A DNA stretch of 64,000 nt from an uncultured Bifidobacterium sp. (GCA_964503445.1 CAZCZM010000003.1:869-64868), one strand, 5' to 3'. Counted from the first letter of the stretch, positions 19,260 through 27,664 are shown. Made by a program: numbers and translations. The notes: generated by a model not told the origin, from the letters alone.

Positions 19260-19930
19260 CACCACGCATCGTTCTTGCTGAATTCCTAGGAACCTGCCTG
19301 CTGGTGATGGCGGTCGTGGGTTCGGGAATAATGGCGCAAAACCTCACGACAGATGTGGGGTTGCAGCTTTTGGCAAACGCCATTGCAACAGGCGGTGCAC
19401 TGTTTGGCCTCATCACTATTTTCGGACCAGTTTCTGGTGCATCATTCAATCCCGTTGTCACAGTGGTATCTGCAGCGGTGAATCGCGAGTGGAACTCGTC
19501 AATCATTGCACTCACTGTGGCCGCGCAATTCGTGGGCGCCACACTGGGGTCGGTAGTGGCAAACATTATGTTTGCTCATCCATTTCTTGAACTCTCCACG
19601 AAGGTTCGTACTGGTGGGCCGACGTGGTTTTCAGAAGTTGTGGCAACTGTGGGGCTTCTCCTCATTATCTTTGGCGGTAGTGCCGCGCGCTCAAATGTGG
19701 CGGCACTAGTTGCTGCCTGGATAACAGGTGCATATTGGTTTACGTCGTCCACCAGTATTGCGAACCCTGCCGTGGGATTCGGACGAATGTTCTCTGACTC
19801 ATTCGCTGGAATTGCTCCCGAGTCATGGCCCATGTTTGCTGTGATGCAAATTGTTGGCGGAGGTGTTGCGGTTGTGTTGATTTCTGCGCTGTGGCCGTCG
19901 ATGTCTCAACCATCGAAAGGAAATCTCTAA
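19250..19930 (+). CDS. MIP family channel (aquaglyceroporin-like, probable arsenite channel)
   Basis: Six hydrophobic segments with two half-helix signatures, SGASFNPVVT (an NPV variant) and IANPAVGF (NPA). The start could be ATG 19250 or TTG 19235. Confidence 0.85.
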   Translation: MRLTPRIVLAEFLGTCLLVMAVVGSGIMAQNLTTDVGLQLLANAIATGGALFGLITIFGPVSGASFNPVVTVVSAAVNREWNSSIIALTVAAQFVGATLGSVVANIMFAHPFLELSTKVRTGGPTWFSEVVATVGLLLIIFGGSAARSNVAALVAAWITGAYWFTSSTSIANPAVGFGRMFSDSFAGIAPESWPMFAVMQIVGGGVAVVLISALWPSMSQPSKGNL

Positions 19931-20316
19931 TGGCTGGCATCTTGTTTCTGTGTATACACAACGCGGGACGTTCTCAAATGGCTGCGGGATTTGCACGAGA
20001 ATTGTCAAATGGTCGTGTCGACATTTTGTCTGGCGGGTCAGAACCTGCAGACCAAGTGAATCCAGTCGCTGTCGAGGTCATGAAAGAAGTGGGGATTGAT
20101 ATCTCTGGGTATCAGCCGCAGAAATACACCGATGAATTGTTGCATTCAGTCGACGTGGTGGTCACCATGGGATGCGGCGATACGTGTCCGTTTATTCCGG
20201 GCAAGCGATACATCGACTGGCCCCTTGATGATCCCAAAGGAAAATCGCCTGAGGAAGTTCGCCGTATTCGTGACGAGATAAAAGCTCACGTCACAACATT
20301 GTTGGCTCAGCTATAA
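19930..20316 (+). CDS. arsC: arsenate reductase, low-molecular-weight phosphatase family
   Basis: Has the P-loop CIHNAGRSQMA (CX5R-S) and downstream Cys pair MGCGDTCP. The ATG shares one nt with the MIP stop (TAATG). Confidence 0.85.
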   Translation: MAGILFLCIHNAGRSQMAAGFARELSNGRVDILSGGSEPADQVNPVAVEVMKEVGIDISGYQPQKYTDELLHSVDVVVTMGCGDTCPFIPGKRYIDWPLDDPKGKSPEEVRRIRDEIKAHVTTLLAQL

Positions 20317-21221
20317 ATCTCAAACAGTTCTGCAATTGCTTTCGCTTGACCGCCAGAGGTCGATGACATCACTGCGCACGGTGTGACGCCGTGGTGTGCC
20401 CATTCGGCAAGCCTGTCGCGTACACGTGTTGCGGGCCCACTGATGGTGCAGTCATCTAGCCACTCATTGGTCATGAGAGAGGGGAGAGCATCTTTGTTTC
20501 CATCGGCAAGTGCGGCTTCAATGGCGTCCATCTCATCGTTGTATCCAGCGGCTCGCCAGTAGTTGCGATAGTTCGGTAACGACACGTACCCCGTCAGAGT
20601 TTTTCTGTTCACTGCGCGGGCGGCGTCAATATCATCGTCAATGACCGTAGGAATCATGTTTGACAAAAAGAATCCGTCGCGCGAAGCATTGGGAACTTCG
20701 CTGAGTTGTTGAGCCATGTGGCTGAGCGAGGCATTCGCCCAGATTGCACCCTCTGCAATGTCACTCGCGCATTGCAGCATCTTGTTGCGCAAAGTTGCAA
20801 GGTAAATGGGTGGTAGTTGGCCACCAAAGCGTTCGTTGTTCCGCATTGCGGTCACATAGTTAGTGATGTCAGTTAAGGGCTTTCCCGTATTGACGCCAAG
20901 TCGCTGGGTGACTGGTCCGTGACTGACGCCAATTCCGAATCGAAATCTTCCCTCTGATATCTCGTTGATGTGAGCAACTGTGTTGGCCGCCTCCACTGGG
21001 TGGCTGTAGTAGATCGGCTGAATTGATGTCCAATAGGGAATACGAGATGTGACGTGTGCAAGCGAGACACACATTCCCATGGTGGCGCCCAAACTTGGAA
21101 TTGCCAAACCACTGAAGCCGCGGTCTTCGGCTTCACGCGCAAGATCGAGAATTGGTCGACGCTTGTTGGGGGTTGCCACAACTGACAATGCGGGACGGAA
21201 GGAACTATCTACCTGGGCCAT
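20307..21221 (-). CDS. LLM class (luciferase-like) flavin/F420-dependent oxidoreductase
   Basis: 304 aa from ATG 21221 with a TIM-barrel LLM pattern (LAREAEDRGFSGLAIPS.., ISEGRFRFGIGVSHGP). The ORF-track start at 21635 would overlap pimA by about 400 nt. Confidence 0.75.
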   Translation of the reverse strand: MAQVDSSFRPALSVVATPNKRRPILDLAREAEDRGFSGLAIPSLGATMGMCVSLAHVTSRIPYWTSIQPIYYSHPVEAANTVAHINEISEGRFRFGIGVSHGPVTQRLGVNTGKPLTDITNYVTAMRNNERFGGQLPPIYLATLRNKMLQCASDIAEGAIWANASLSHMAQQLSEVPNASRDGFFLSNMIPTVIDDDIDAARAVNRKTLTGYVSLPNYRNYWRAAGYNDEMDAIEAALADGNKDALPSLMTNEWLDDCTISGPATRVRDRLAEWAHHGVTPCAVMSSTSGGQAKAIAELFEIYS

Positions 21222-21226
21222 TCCGA

Positions 21227-21233
21227 TACCGTA
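21227..21233. promoter_or_regulatory. candidate shared bidirectional -10 element (palindrome TACCGTA) in the 18-bp LLM/pimA spacer
   Basis: The plus strand reads TACCGT-agtcaac-ATG(21240). The minus strand reads TACGGT-atcgga-ATG(21221). Confidence 0.4.
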
Positions 21234-21239
21234 GTCAAC

Positions 21240-22409
21240 ATGTTGCGTATCGGGATGGTGAGCCCTTACAGCCTCACAATTCCAGGGGGAGTCCAGCAAC
21301 AGGTGTTGGGATTGGCGCGCAGTTTGCGTCGTCTCGGTCATGAGGTCAGAGTCCTGGGGCCATGCGATGGTCCACCGCCCGATCCCTTTGTCACTCCATT
21401 GGGGAACAGCCTTCCCACGGCAGTGAATGGATCGGTGGCGCCTCTTGCTCCAGATGTGTCGGCGGCATTGCGCACTATTCGGGCATTGAACGATGAAGCT
21501 TTCGATGTCCTGCATGTTCATGAGCCTCTTGTGCCTGGCCCATCGCTGACATCGTTGCTGGTGAAATTGGCTCCGGTTGTCGCCACATTTCACTCGGCAG
21601 GTGAGTCCGGTGCCTACAAAGCTTTTTCTCGTCAACTGAAGTGGGCTGCAACCAAAATCGATGTTCGTGTGGCGGTCTCAAAAGATGCAGTCGAGCTTGC
21701 GCATCGATACATCGGCGGAGACTACGAGATCTTGTTCAACGGAATTGAACTTGATGCATGTGTTCGCGAACCACGCCCTGCACAAGAGAATGCAATTTTT
21801 TTCTGTGGGCGACATGAACCACGCAAAGGTCTTGGAGTGTTGCTGAAGGCGCATGCACAACTTCCCAGCGATGTGCGCTTATGGATTGCGTCCGATGGGC
21901 CTGAAACAGCAGAACTCATGGCGCTCTATGGCCATGATTCGCGAATTGAGTGGTTAGGGAGAATCTCTGACGACGAAAAGTTCGACCGTCTCGCACGCGC
22001 TGCGGTGTTCTGTGCTCCGTCAATTCGTGGAGAGTCGTTTGGAATAGTTCTTCTTGAAGCGATGGCTGCGGGAACACCAGTTGTGGCCAGCGATATTGAT
22101 GGGTATCGCAACGTTGCAACTCACGGAGAAAATGCACTCCTAGTTCCTCCCAATGACGACACTGCTCTGGCGTCGGCTTTGGCGAGAGCAATTGTTGACA
22201 CGCGTCTTGCTTCAGCGCTGAAAGTGGCTGGCGAGCAGCATGCTCAGTCATTTTCTATGGATGCACTTGCGCATCGTTATGTCGAGTTCTATATGGCTGC
22301 ACTCAATCGAGAAGCCGAAAACATCACCACCATTACTGTGCCTCGTATGCTGAAACGGTTCGAAGGTCGGTTTTTGCGACGTTCTCGATATGAAAAGTCA
22401 GAAGGGTAA
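21240..22409 (+). CDS. pimA: GT4 family glycosyltransferase, phosphatidylinositol alpha-mannosyltransferase-like
   Basis: Has the N-terminal RIGMVSPYSLTIPGGVQQQV, a GT-B C-terminal EX7E region (ESFGIVLLEAMAAGTPVVAS), and synteny after pgsA1-patA. Confidence 0.85.
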   Translation: MLRIGMVSPYSLTIPGGVQQQVLGLARSLRRLGHEVRVLGPCDGPPPDPFVTPLGNSLPTAVNGSVAPLAPDVSAALRTIRALNDEAFDVLHVHEPLVPGPSLTSLLVKLAPVVATFHSAGESGAYKAFSRQLKWAATKIDVRVAVSKDAVELAHRYIGGDYEILFNGIELDACVREPRPAQENAIFFCGRHEPRKGLGVLLKAHAQLPSDVRLWIASDGPETAELMALYGHDSRIEWLGRISDDEKFDRLARAAVFCAPSIRGESFGIVLLEAMAAGTPVVASDIDGYRNVATHGENALLVPPNDDTALASALARAIVDTRLASALKVAGEQHAQSFSMDALAHRYVEFYMAALNREAENITTITVPRMLKRFEGRFLRRSRYEKSEG

Positions 22410-22433
22410 TCGTGGGATAACCACGTGTGAAGC

Positions 22434-23246
22434 ATGAATCAAAAGCAGTGGATCCAGATTGACGAGTCAGTGGAGGCCAACACTGGGTGGGTCAGGAAAG
22501 TCAATATTGGGCTTGTATCGATAGTTGCCGTTGTGTGTGTTGTGCTGGGAGCCGTACTCGGGTACCTCATCCCGTCGGTCATCGTGGCCATCATCGCAAG
22601 CGTTGCGCTGATCCGGCTCTTGGCGTCCCGAGCGAACTCCATACTTGTTCGGAATATCTCATTCGGTCAGGCTTCAGAAGTACGACACGCTCGACTGTTC
22701 AATGTTGTTGACGGATTGTGCGTTGTGAGCGGCGATCAGCGTCCCCAACTTCGCATCATCGACTCGGCATATCCCGTTGCTGTGGCAGTCATTGACAACG
22801 GGCAGCCGGTGGTTGCGGTGTCAGAAACATTCATGACCACCATGGACCGCGTCGAGATTGAAGGCGTGATGGCGCACTTGTTGTGGCGGCTCCGCGTGGG
22901 TCATGTTGCATTGGTTGCTGGCCTCGCAGCTGCATCGTCGCTGGTGGGCGCCGTCGGTCTGGGTGCACTCATGCGCAAGGTCATTCCGAAGGCGGTGTCC
23001 AGCGATGAACTTGTGTGGGCCGACATATCTGCATGTCAAGCCACCAGATTTCCTCCTGCTCTTGTCTCGGCATTGGAAAAATGTCAGGCCAGTCAGGGTG
23101 TTGTTTCGCTTGGTGTGACTGATTTTCTCTGCTTTGCTCACCCACGAGATAGTGAGCATGACGGAACTGCGGTGTCTGGCATTCCTATTCTTGGAGTGTC
23201 GCGTTCATCAATCAGTGAACGCATCGCAATTCTGAAGGAGATGTGA
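22434..23246 (+). CDS. membrane protein, degenerate M48 (HtpX-like) peptidase homologue lacking HEXXH
   Basis: Shows HtpX-like topology and blocks: two N-terminal TM helices, ..VAVSETFMTTMDRVEIEGVMAHLLWRL.. where HELSH is expected, two more TM helices, SSDELVWADISA.., and a C-terminal SERIAILKE. Confidence 0.55.
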   Translation: MNQKQWIQIDESVEANTGWVRKVNIGLVSIVAVVCVVLGAVLGYLIPSVIVAIIASVALIRLLASRANSILVRNISFGQASEVRHARLFNVVDGLCVVSGDQRPQLRIIDSAYPVAVAVIDNGQPVVAVSETFMTTMDRVEIEGVMAHLLWRLRVGHVALVAGLAAASSLVGAVGLGALMRKVIPKAVSSDELVWADISACQATRFPPALVSALEKCQASQGVVSLGVTDFLCFAHPRDSEHDGTAVSGIPILGVSRSSISERIAILKEM

Positions 23247-23247
23247 C

Positions 23248-24327
23248 ATGACTCAGCGTCGTCGGTCCGTTCTTGCTGCGGCCACAGCACTTGCTCTTGT
23301 TGTTCTGGCAGCGTGTGGTGGCGGTTCATCGAAGGCCTCCGTAGACACCGTGCCGGGAGGAAATGGTGACCCCAACAACCCAACAGGTCCGGTGTATCCG
23401 TTGCTTGGCACTCCGGTCACTGATTCACAAGCGGCAGCACGTGTTGCTATCGCATGCAAGATTGATAACCACCCCAATGCACGACCACAAACTGGCTTGA
23501 ACAAGGCTGACATCGTTTTTGAGGAAAACGTCGAGGGTCTCACGCGATTCGCTGCGGTCTTCCATAGTCAAGGAAGTGACCCCGTGGGGCCGTTGCGAAG
23601 CGGACGCACACAAGATGTTGACATTCTCACTTCATACAACAAGCCACTGTTCTGTTGGAGTGGTGGTAACTATCGCGTCACAAAAGTCATCAATGCCAGT
23701 TCGCTCGTCAACGTGGGGTACAGCGCATCGCGTGGCAAGGGCGGGTACTTCCGTGCGAAAGACAAGAAAATCCCGCACAACTTGTACGCCAAAACCACCA
23801 ACTTGTGGTCTCTTGCGCCCGAAGGCTCGGGTCCGCCAGTGCCACAGTTCGTGTACCGAAGTGCAAGCGATGCAAAACCTGCAACTTCAACACCTGTCGA
23901 TGGCGCAAAGGTATCCATGTACAACGTCAAGGTGTATTGGAAATGGGACGCAGCTACATCAAGCTTTGTTCGCTTTACAGAGAACTTGAAACGAGAGTTA
24001 GAACCACACATGGCAGACGATGGTCAAGTTTCTGCGAAGAATGTGGTGGTGCTGTATGTCACCTATCTGCGTAGCAAGGCTGATCGTAAGAGTCCTCACG
24101 CAAAGACCACTGGAAAAGGAACAGGATTTGTTCTGACCGACGGTGGAATGATCGAGGTGAATTGGGAACGCAAGGACGCAAAGAACCCCTTCACGTTCAC
24201 TGACTCTGCAGGTGCTGTCGTTCGGTTCACCCCTGGTCGTACATGGGTCGAGCTGGCATGGAAGAAGTCGCTCGCACCGGTCGGTCCGGGAGTAGATCCC
24301 GCCACGGTGAAGTGGCCAGCGGTCTAG
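23248..24327 (+). CDS. DUF3048 (YerB-like) lipoprotein
   Basis: Has a signal peptide with lipobox LAAC-G. KIDNHPNARPQTGLNKADIVFEENVEGLTRFAAVFHSQ..GPLRSGR matches the DUF3048 N-domain as I recall it. Confidence 0.7.
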   Translation: MTQRRRSVLAAATALALVVLAACGGGSSKASVDTVPGGNGDPNNPTGPVYPLLGTPVTDSQAAARVAIACKIDNHPNARPQTGLNKADIVFEENVEGLTRFAAVFHSQGSDPVGPLRSGRTQDVDILTSYNKPLFCWSGGNYRVTKVINASSLVNVGYSASRGKGGYFRAKDKKIPHNLYAKTTNLWSLAPEGSGPPVPQFVYRSASDAKPATSTPVDGAKVSMYNVKVYWKWDAATSSFVRFTENLKRELEPHMADDGQVSAKNVVVLYVTYLRSKADRKSPHAKTTGKGTGFVLTDGGMIEVNWERKDAKNPFTFTDSAGAVVRFTPGRTWVELAWKKSLAPVGPGVDPATVKWPAV

Positions 24328-24362
24328 CAACAATTCACACAAGTACCCACAGATTGGGTCGG

Positions 24363-24368
24363 TAGCCT
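24363..24368 (+). promoter_or_regulatory. candidate -10 hexamer TAGCCT for leaderless pdxS mRNA
   Basis: The sequence reads TAGCCT-gaccacc-ATG(24376), a 7-nt spacer with no SD. Confidence 0.35.
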
Positions 24369-24375
24369 GACCACC

Positions 24376-25275
24376 ATGACCTCCTCAAACGGAACCTCGG
24401 TTGGAACGCAGCGCGTCAAGCGCGGACTTGCAGAAATGTTGAAAGGTGGCGTCATCATGGATGTCGTCACTGCACGCGAGGCGAAAATTGCCGAAGATGC
24501 CGGAGCCTGTGCGGTCATGGCTCTTGAGCGGGTTCCTGCCGATATCCGTCGCGACGGAGGTGTGGCTCGTATGAGCGACCCATCAATGATCGAAGAGATT
24601 CAAGCGGCTGTCAGCATTCCGGTCATGGCCAAGGTCCGAATTGGTCATTTTGTTGAAGCACAAATCTTGGAAGCATTGGGTGTTGACTTCATTGACGAGT
24701 CAGAAGTTCTTACGCCCGCGGACGAGACACATCACATCGACAAGTTTGCGTTCAATGTTCCGTTCGTGTGTGGAGCAACAAATTTGGGCGAAGCATTGCG
24801 CCGTGTGTCCGAAGGTGCATGCATGATTCGGTCAAAGGGCGAGGCTGGAACGGGAAATGTGGTGGAAGCCGTACGTCATTTGCGTTCCATTCTCGGTGAC
24901 ATTCGAAAAATCACCCAGGCCGACAACGCCGAACTTTTCCAGTGGGCCAAGTCATTGCAAGCACCATTGCCCTTGGTGCAGGAAATCGCCGAGACAGGCA
25001 AGTTCCCTGTTCCCATCTTCTGTGCAGGCGGAATCGCAACTCCTGCCGACGCAGCATTGGCAATGCAGTTGGGTGCCGAAGCAGTTTTCGTTGGTTCTGG
25101 AATCTTCAAGAGCGACAAGCCCGAATTGCGCGCGAAAGCAATTGTTGAAGCCACCACCCATTTCCGTGACGCTTCAGTTCTTGCCCGCGTGAGCCGCAAT
25201 CTCGGTGCCCCCATGACCGGAATCGGCATGGATGAAATTCACGAATCACAGCGATACGCATCTCGCGGCAACTAG
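24376..25275 (+). CDS. pdxS: pyridoxal 5'-phosphate synthase lyase subunit
   Basis: [40 protein letters not shown] is a highly conserved PdxS sequence. Confidence 0.95.
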   Translation: MTSSNGTSVGTQRVKRGLAEMLKGGVIMDVVTAREAKIAEDAGACAVMALERVPADIRRDGGVARMSDPSMIEEIQAAVSIPVMAKVRIGHFVEAQILEALGVDFIDESEVLTPADETHHIDKFAFNVPFVCGATNLGEALRRVSEGACMIRSKGEAGTGNVVEAVRHLRSILGDIRKITQADNAELFQWAKSLQAPLPLVQEIAETGKFPVPIFCAGGIATPADAALAMQLGAEAVFVGSGIFKSDKPELRAKAIVEATTHFRDASVLARVSRNLGAPMTGIGMDEIHESQRYASRGN

Positions 25276-25311
25276 TCACAAAGCGAGCTGCAGTGGAATC
25301 GAGGCCTCCAG

Positions 25312-25896
25312 GTGAACGCAACAGTCGGAGTACTTGCTCTTCAAGGAGCGTTTGCAGCGCACGCTGAGTGTCTTCGCGAACTTCATGTCACAACTATTGA
25401 AGTTCGATCCCCGGAAGATTTAGCAATTGTTGATGCCTTGTTGATGCCTGGAGGAGAATCCAGCACAATGTCTCAACTGCTGTTGTCGTCGGGTCTGTTT
25501 GCGCCAATTGCTCAAAGAATTTCCGAGGGCATGCCCGTATTTGGAACGTGTGCAGGAATGATCTTGCTTGCCACGGAGATTCTTGATGGCCGAGATGATC
25601 AAATAAGTTTCTCCGCTATCGATATTTCTGTTCGTCGCAACGCATTTGGGCGTCAGATTGACTCGTTTGAATCAACGATTTCAACGCCACTCGGGGACTT
25701 TCATGGCGTTTTCATTCGCGCGCCCCGCATTGTTCGGACTGGCGATGCGGTCACGGTTCTCGGGGAATTCAATGACGAGCCAGTCCTTGTGAGGCAGGGC
25801 AATGTGTTGGCGGCATCATTTCATCCGGAACTAGCCGGTGATGTCCGGGTCCATAAATATTTCGTCGAAACAATGATGCAAAAAGGGAAGGTGTAG
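25312..25896 (+). CDS. pdxT: pyridoxal 5'-phosphate synthase glutaminase subunit
   Basis: Class I amidotransferase with GVLALQG, PGGESST and GTCAGMILLA (catalytic Cys), lying directly after pdxS. Confidence 0.9.
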   Translation: MNATVGVLALQGAFAAHAECLRELHVTTIEVRSPEDLAIVDALLMPGGESSTMSQLLLSSGLFAPIAQRISEGMPVFGTCAGMILLATEILDGRDDQISFSAIDISVRRNAFGRQIDSFESTISTPLGDFHGVFIRAPRIVRTGDAVTVLGEFNDEPVLVRQGNVLAASFHPELAGDVRVHKYFVETMMQKGKV

Positions 25897-25900
25897 CCAC

Positions 25901-26647
25901 ATGTCTGGTCACTCCAAATGGGCAACAATCAAACATAAGAAGGGCGCCGCAGACAAAGCGCGCGGAAAGCTGTTTGCAAAGTTGGCGCGTCAGATTGAGG
26001 TAGCAGCCCGAGCAGGTGGCGGCGACGTTGATGCAAATGCTGCATTACGCACCATGGTGTTGAAAGCAAAAGCTGGTCAAATGACCAAAGACGCCATCGA
26101 TCGCGCCATCAAGCGGGGCATCGGTGAAAACGATGGAGCCAATTACGAGAGCATCACCTATGAAGGGTACGCACCCGGGGGAGTTGCCATGTTGGTCGAT
26201 GTGTTGACCGATAACCGCAATCGCACCGCAGCAGATGTCCGTAGCGCATTCTCAAAATTTGGTGGATCAATGGCCGAGCCTGGGGCAGTCGGCTGGCAGT
26301 TCTCGCGTCGTGGTGTTGTGTTGGTACCTGGCTCGCTTGACGAAGACTCAGTGATGACTGCTGCACTTGAAGCAGGTGCAGACGACATCGAGCGTGACGG
26401 TGATTCTTGGAAAGTGCTGACCGATCCATCGGTTGTGTACGACGTGAAAGATGCGCTCGAGGCGGCAGGCATCGAGGTGCAGAGTGCTGAATCCACCATG
26501 GTGTCATCCACCACAATCGAGGTCACAGATGTCAATGATGCAAAACAAATCCTTCGCATCATGGACATGTTGGAGGATAATGATGACGTACAAGACGTGT
26601 ACGCCAACTTCGACATTGACGAATCGATCATGCAAGGAATTGACTAA
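25901..26647 (+). CDS. yebC: YebC/PmpR family DNA-binding transcriptional regulator
   Basis: The N-terminal [28 protein letters not shown] is the family signature. Confidence 0.9.
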   Translation: MSGHSKWATIKHKKGAADKARGKLFAKLARQIEVAARAGGGDVDANAALRTMVLKAKAGQMTKDAIDRAIKRGIGENDGANYESITYEGYAPGGVAMLVDVLTDNRNRTAADVRSAFSKFGGSMAEPGAVGWQFSRRGVVLVPGSLDEDSVMTAALEAGADDIERDGDSWKVLTDPSVVYDVKDALEAAGIEVQSAESTMVSSTTIEVTDVNDAKQILRIMDMLEDNDDVQDVYANFDIDESIMQGID

Positions 26648-27099
26648 TGGCTATCACCGTGGGTGACATTGCACCCGAGTTCACACTTCCGGGAACCGGA
26701 GGACAGACCTACTCGCTGTCGGATTACAAAGGTCAGCCAGTGGTCATCGTGTTCTACCCAGGGGATGACTCGCCCGTGTGCACAAAACAGCTCAATTCCT
26801 ACAACAACGAATTGTCGGCATTTGAAAATGTGGGCGCACAGGTGTTGGCAATTTCTGCTCAAGACATGGCTAGTCATGATTCATTTGCAGAGAAATATGG
26901 TTTTAAATTCCCCCTGTTGGCTGACACCTCCAAGGAGGTCGCGTCTGCTTATGGAACAGTTGGCCCACTCGGTTTCCCACGACGCAGTGTGTTCGTGGTG
27001 GATTCAGACGGGGTGATTCGATATGCCCATCGAGCCATCGCTGGCCTCACATTTCGCCCTGTGGACGAGTTGATCGCCGCGGTGGAGGCGGCACGCTAA
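26647..27099 (+). CDS. bcp: peroxiredoxin (Bcp/AhpC-TSA family)
   Basis: Has [14 protein letters not shown] (peroxidatic Cys) on a thioredoxin fold. No CxxxxC resolving Cys is present. Confidence 0.85.
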   Translation: MAITVGDIAPEFTLPGTGGQTYSLSDYKGQPVVIVFYPGDDSPVCTKQLNSYNNELSAFENVGAQVLAISAQDMASHDSFAEKYGFKFPLLADTSKEVASAYGTVGPLGFPRRSVFVVDSDGVIRYAHRAIAGLTFRPVDELIAAVEAAR

Positions 27100-27126
27100 T
27101 CCACGACTCACCCTGCGCCACTCAGG

Positions 27127-27132
27127 TAGGGT
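27127..27132 (+). promoter_or_regulatory. candidate -10 hexamer TAGGGT for leaderless ruvC mRNA
   Basis: The sequence reads TAGGGT-ggaacat-ATG(27140). Confidence 0.35.
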
Positions 27133-27139
27133 GGAACAT

Positions 27140-27664
27140 ATGTTCGGTCAGGTGATTATGGGGGTCGACCCCGGTCTCACGCGGTGTGGGTATGCCGTGC
27201 TGTCCATGAATGGCCCGCAGTCCATCTCTCCACTCGCCATCGGGGTATTGCGCACTTCGCCATCAGCGCCCTTGCACGATCGGTTGGCCGATATCCATCA
27301 CGAAATCGACGGGCTACTGGCGGAGTTTCGTCCATCAGCAGTGGCTATCGAACAGGTCTTTTTTCAGAACAACGTCCGAACCGCTATGTCGGTGGGGCAG
27401 GCCAGCGGAATCATCTTGGCGTTGGCAGCGCGAGCAGGTTGTGATGTTGTGCAGTACACGCCGTCGCAGGTGAAGAACACTGTTGCGGGTTGGGGTGGCG
27501 CTACGAAAGAACAAGTCGGACGCATGGTGCAGCAACGCTTGGCCTTGGCGTCTGTCCCACAACCTGCTGACGCCGCAGACGCGGCTGCTATTGCATTGTG
27601 TCATTGTTCTCTTGCCCCATTCATGGCGTCTCGTGATGCCGCTATTGCTCGGAGCATGCGGTGA
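27140..27664 (+). CDS. ruvC: crossover junction endodeoxyribonuclease RuvC
   Basis: Has IMGVDPGLTRCGYAV (catalytic Asp) and AIEQVFF. The start is ambiguous among GTG 27131, ATG 27140 and GTG 27152. I chose 27140 on -10 geometry. Confidence 0.9.
   Translation: MFGQVIMGVDPGLTRCGYAVLSMNGPQSISPLAIGVLRTSPSAPLHDRLADIHHEIDGLLAEFRPSAVAIEQVFFQNNVRTAMSVGQASGIILALAARAGCDVVQYTPSQVKNTVAGWGGATKEQVGRMVQQRLALASVPQPADAADAAAIALCHCSLAPFMASRDAAIARSMR

Noticed and set aside
18380-21221. The ars/LLM insertion considered as a mobile element or genomic island.
   Set aside because: No integrase, transposase, tRNA target, inverted or direct flanking repeats are visible, and the junctions are gene overlaps. I report it as a synteny insertion only, not as a mobile element.
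21222-21635. The long-ORF start (21635) for the LLM oxidoreductase gives a 442-aa product overlapping pimA.
   Set aside because: The extra 138 residues are Arg/Cys/Gln-rich non-protein-like sequence antisense to pimA. LLM similarity begins at ATG 21221, which also has a -10 at the leaderless distance.
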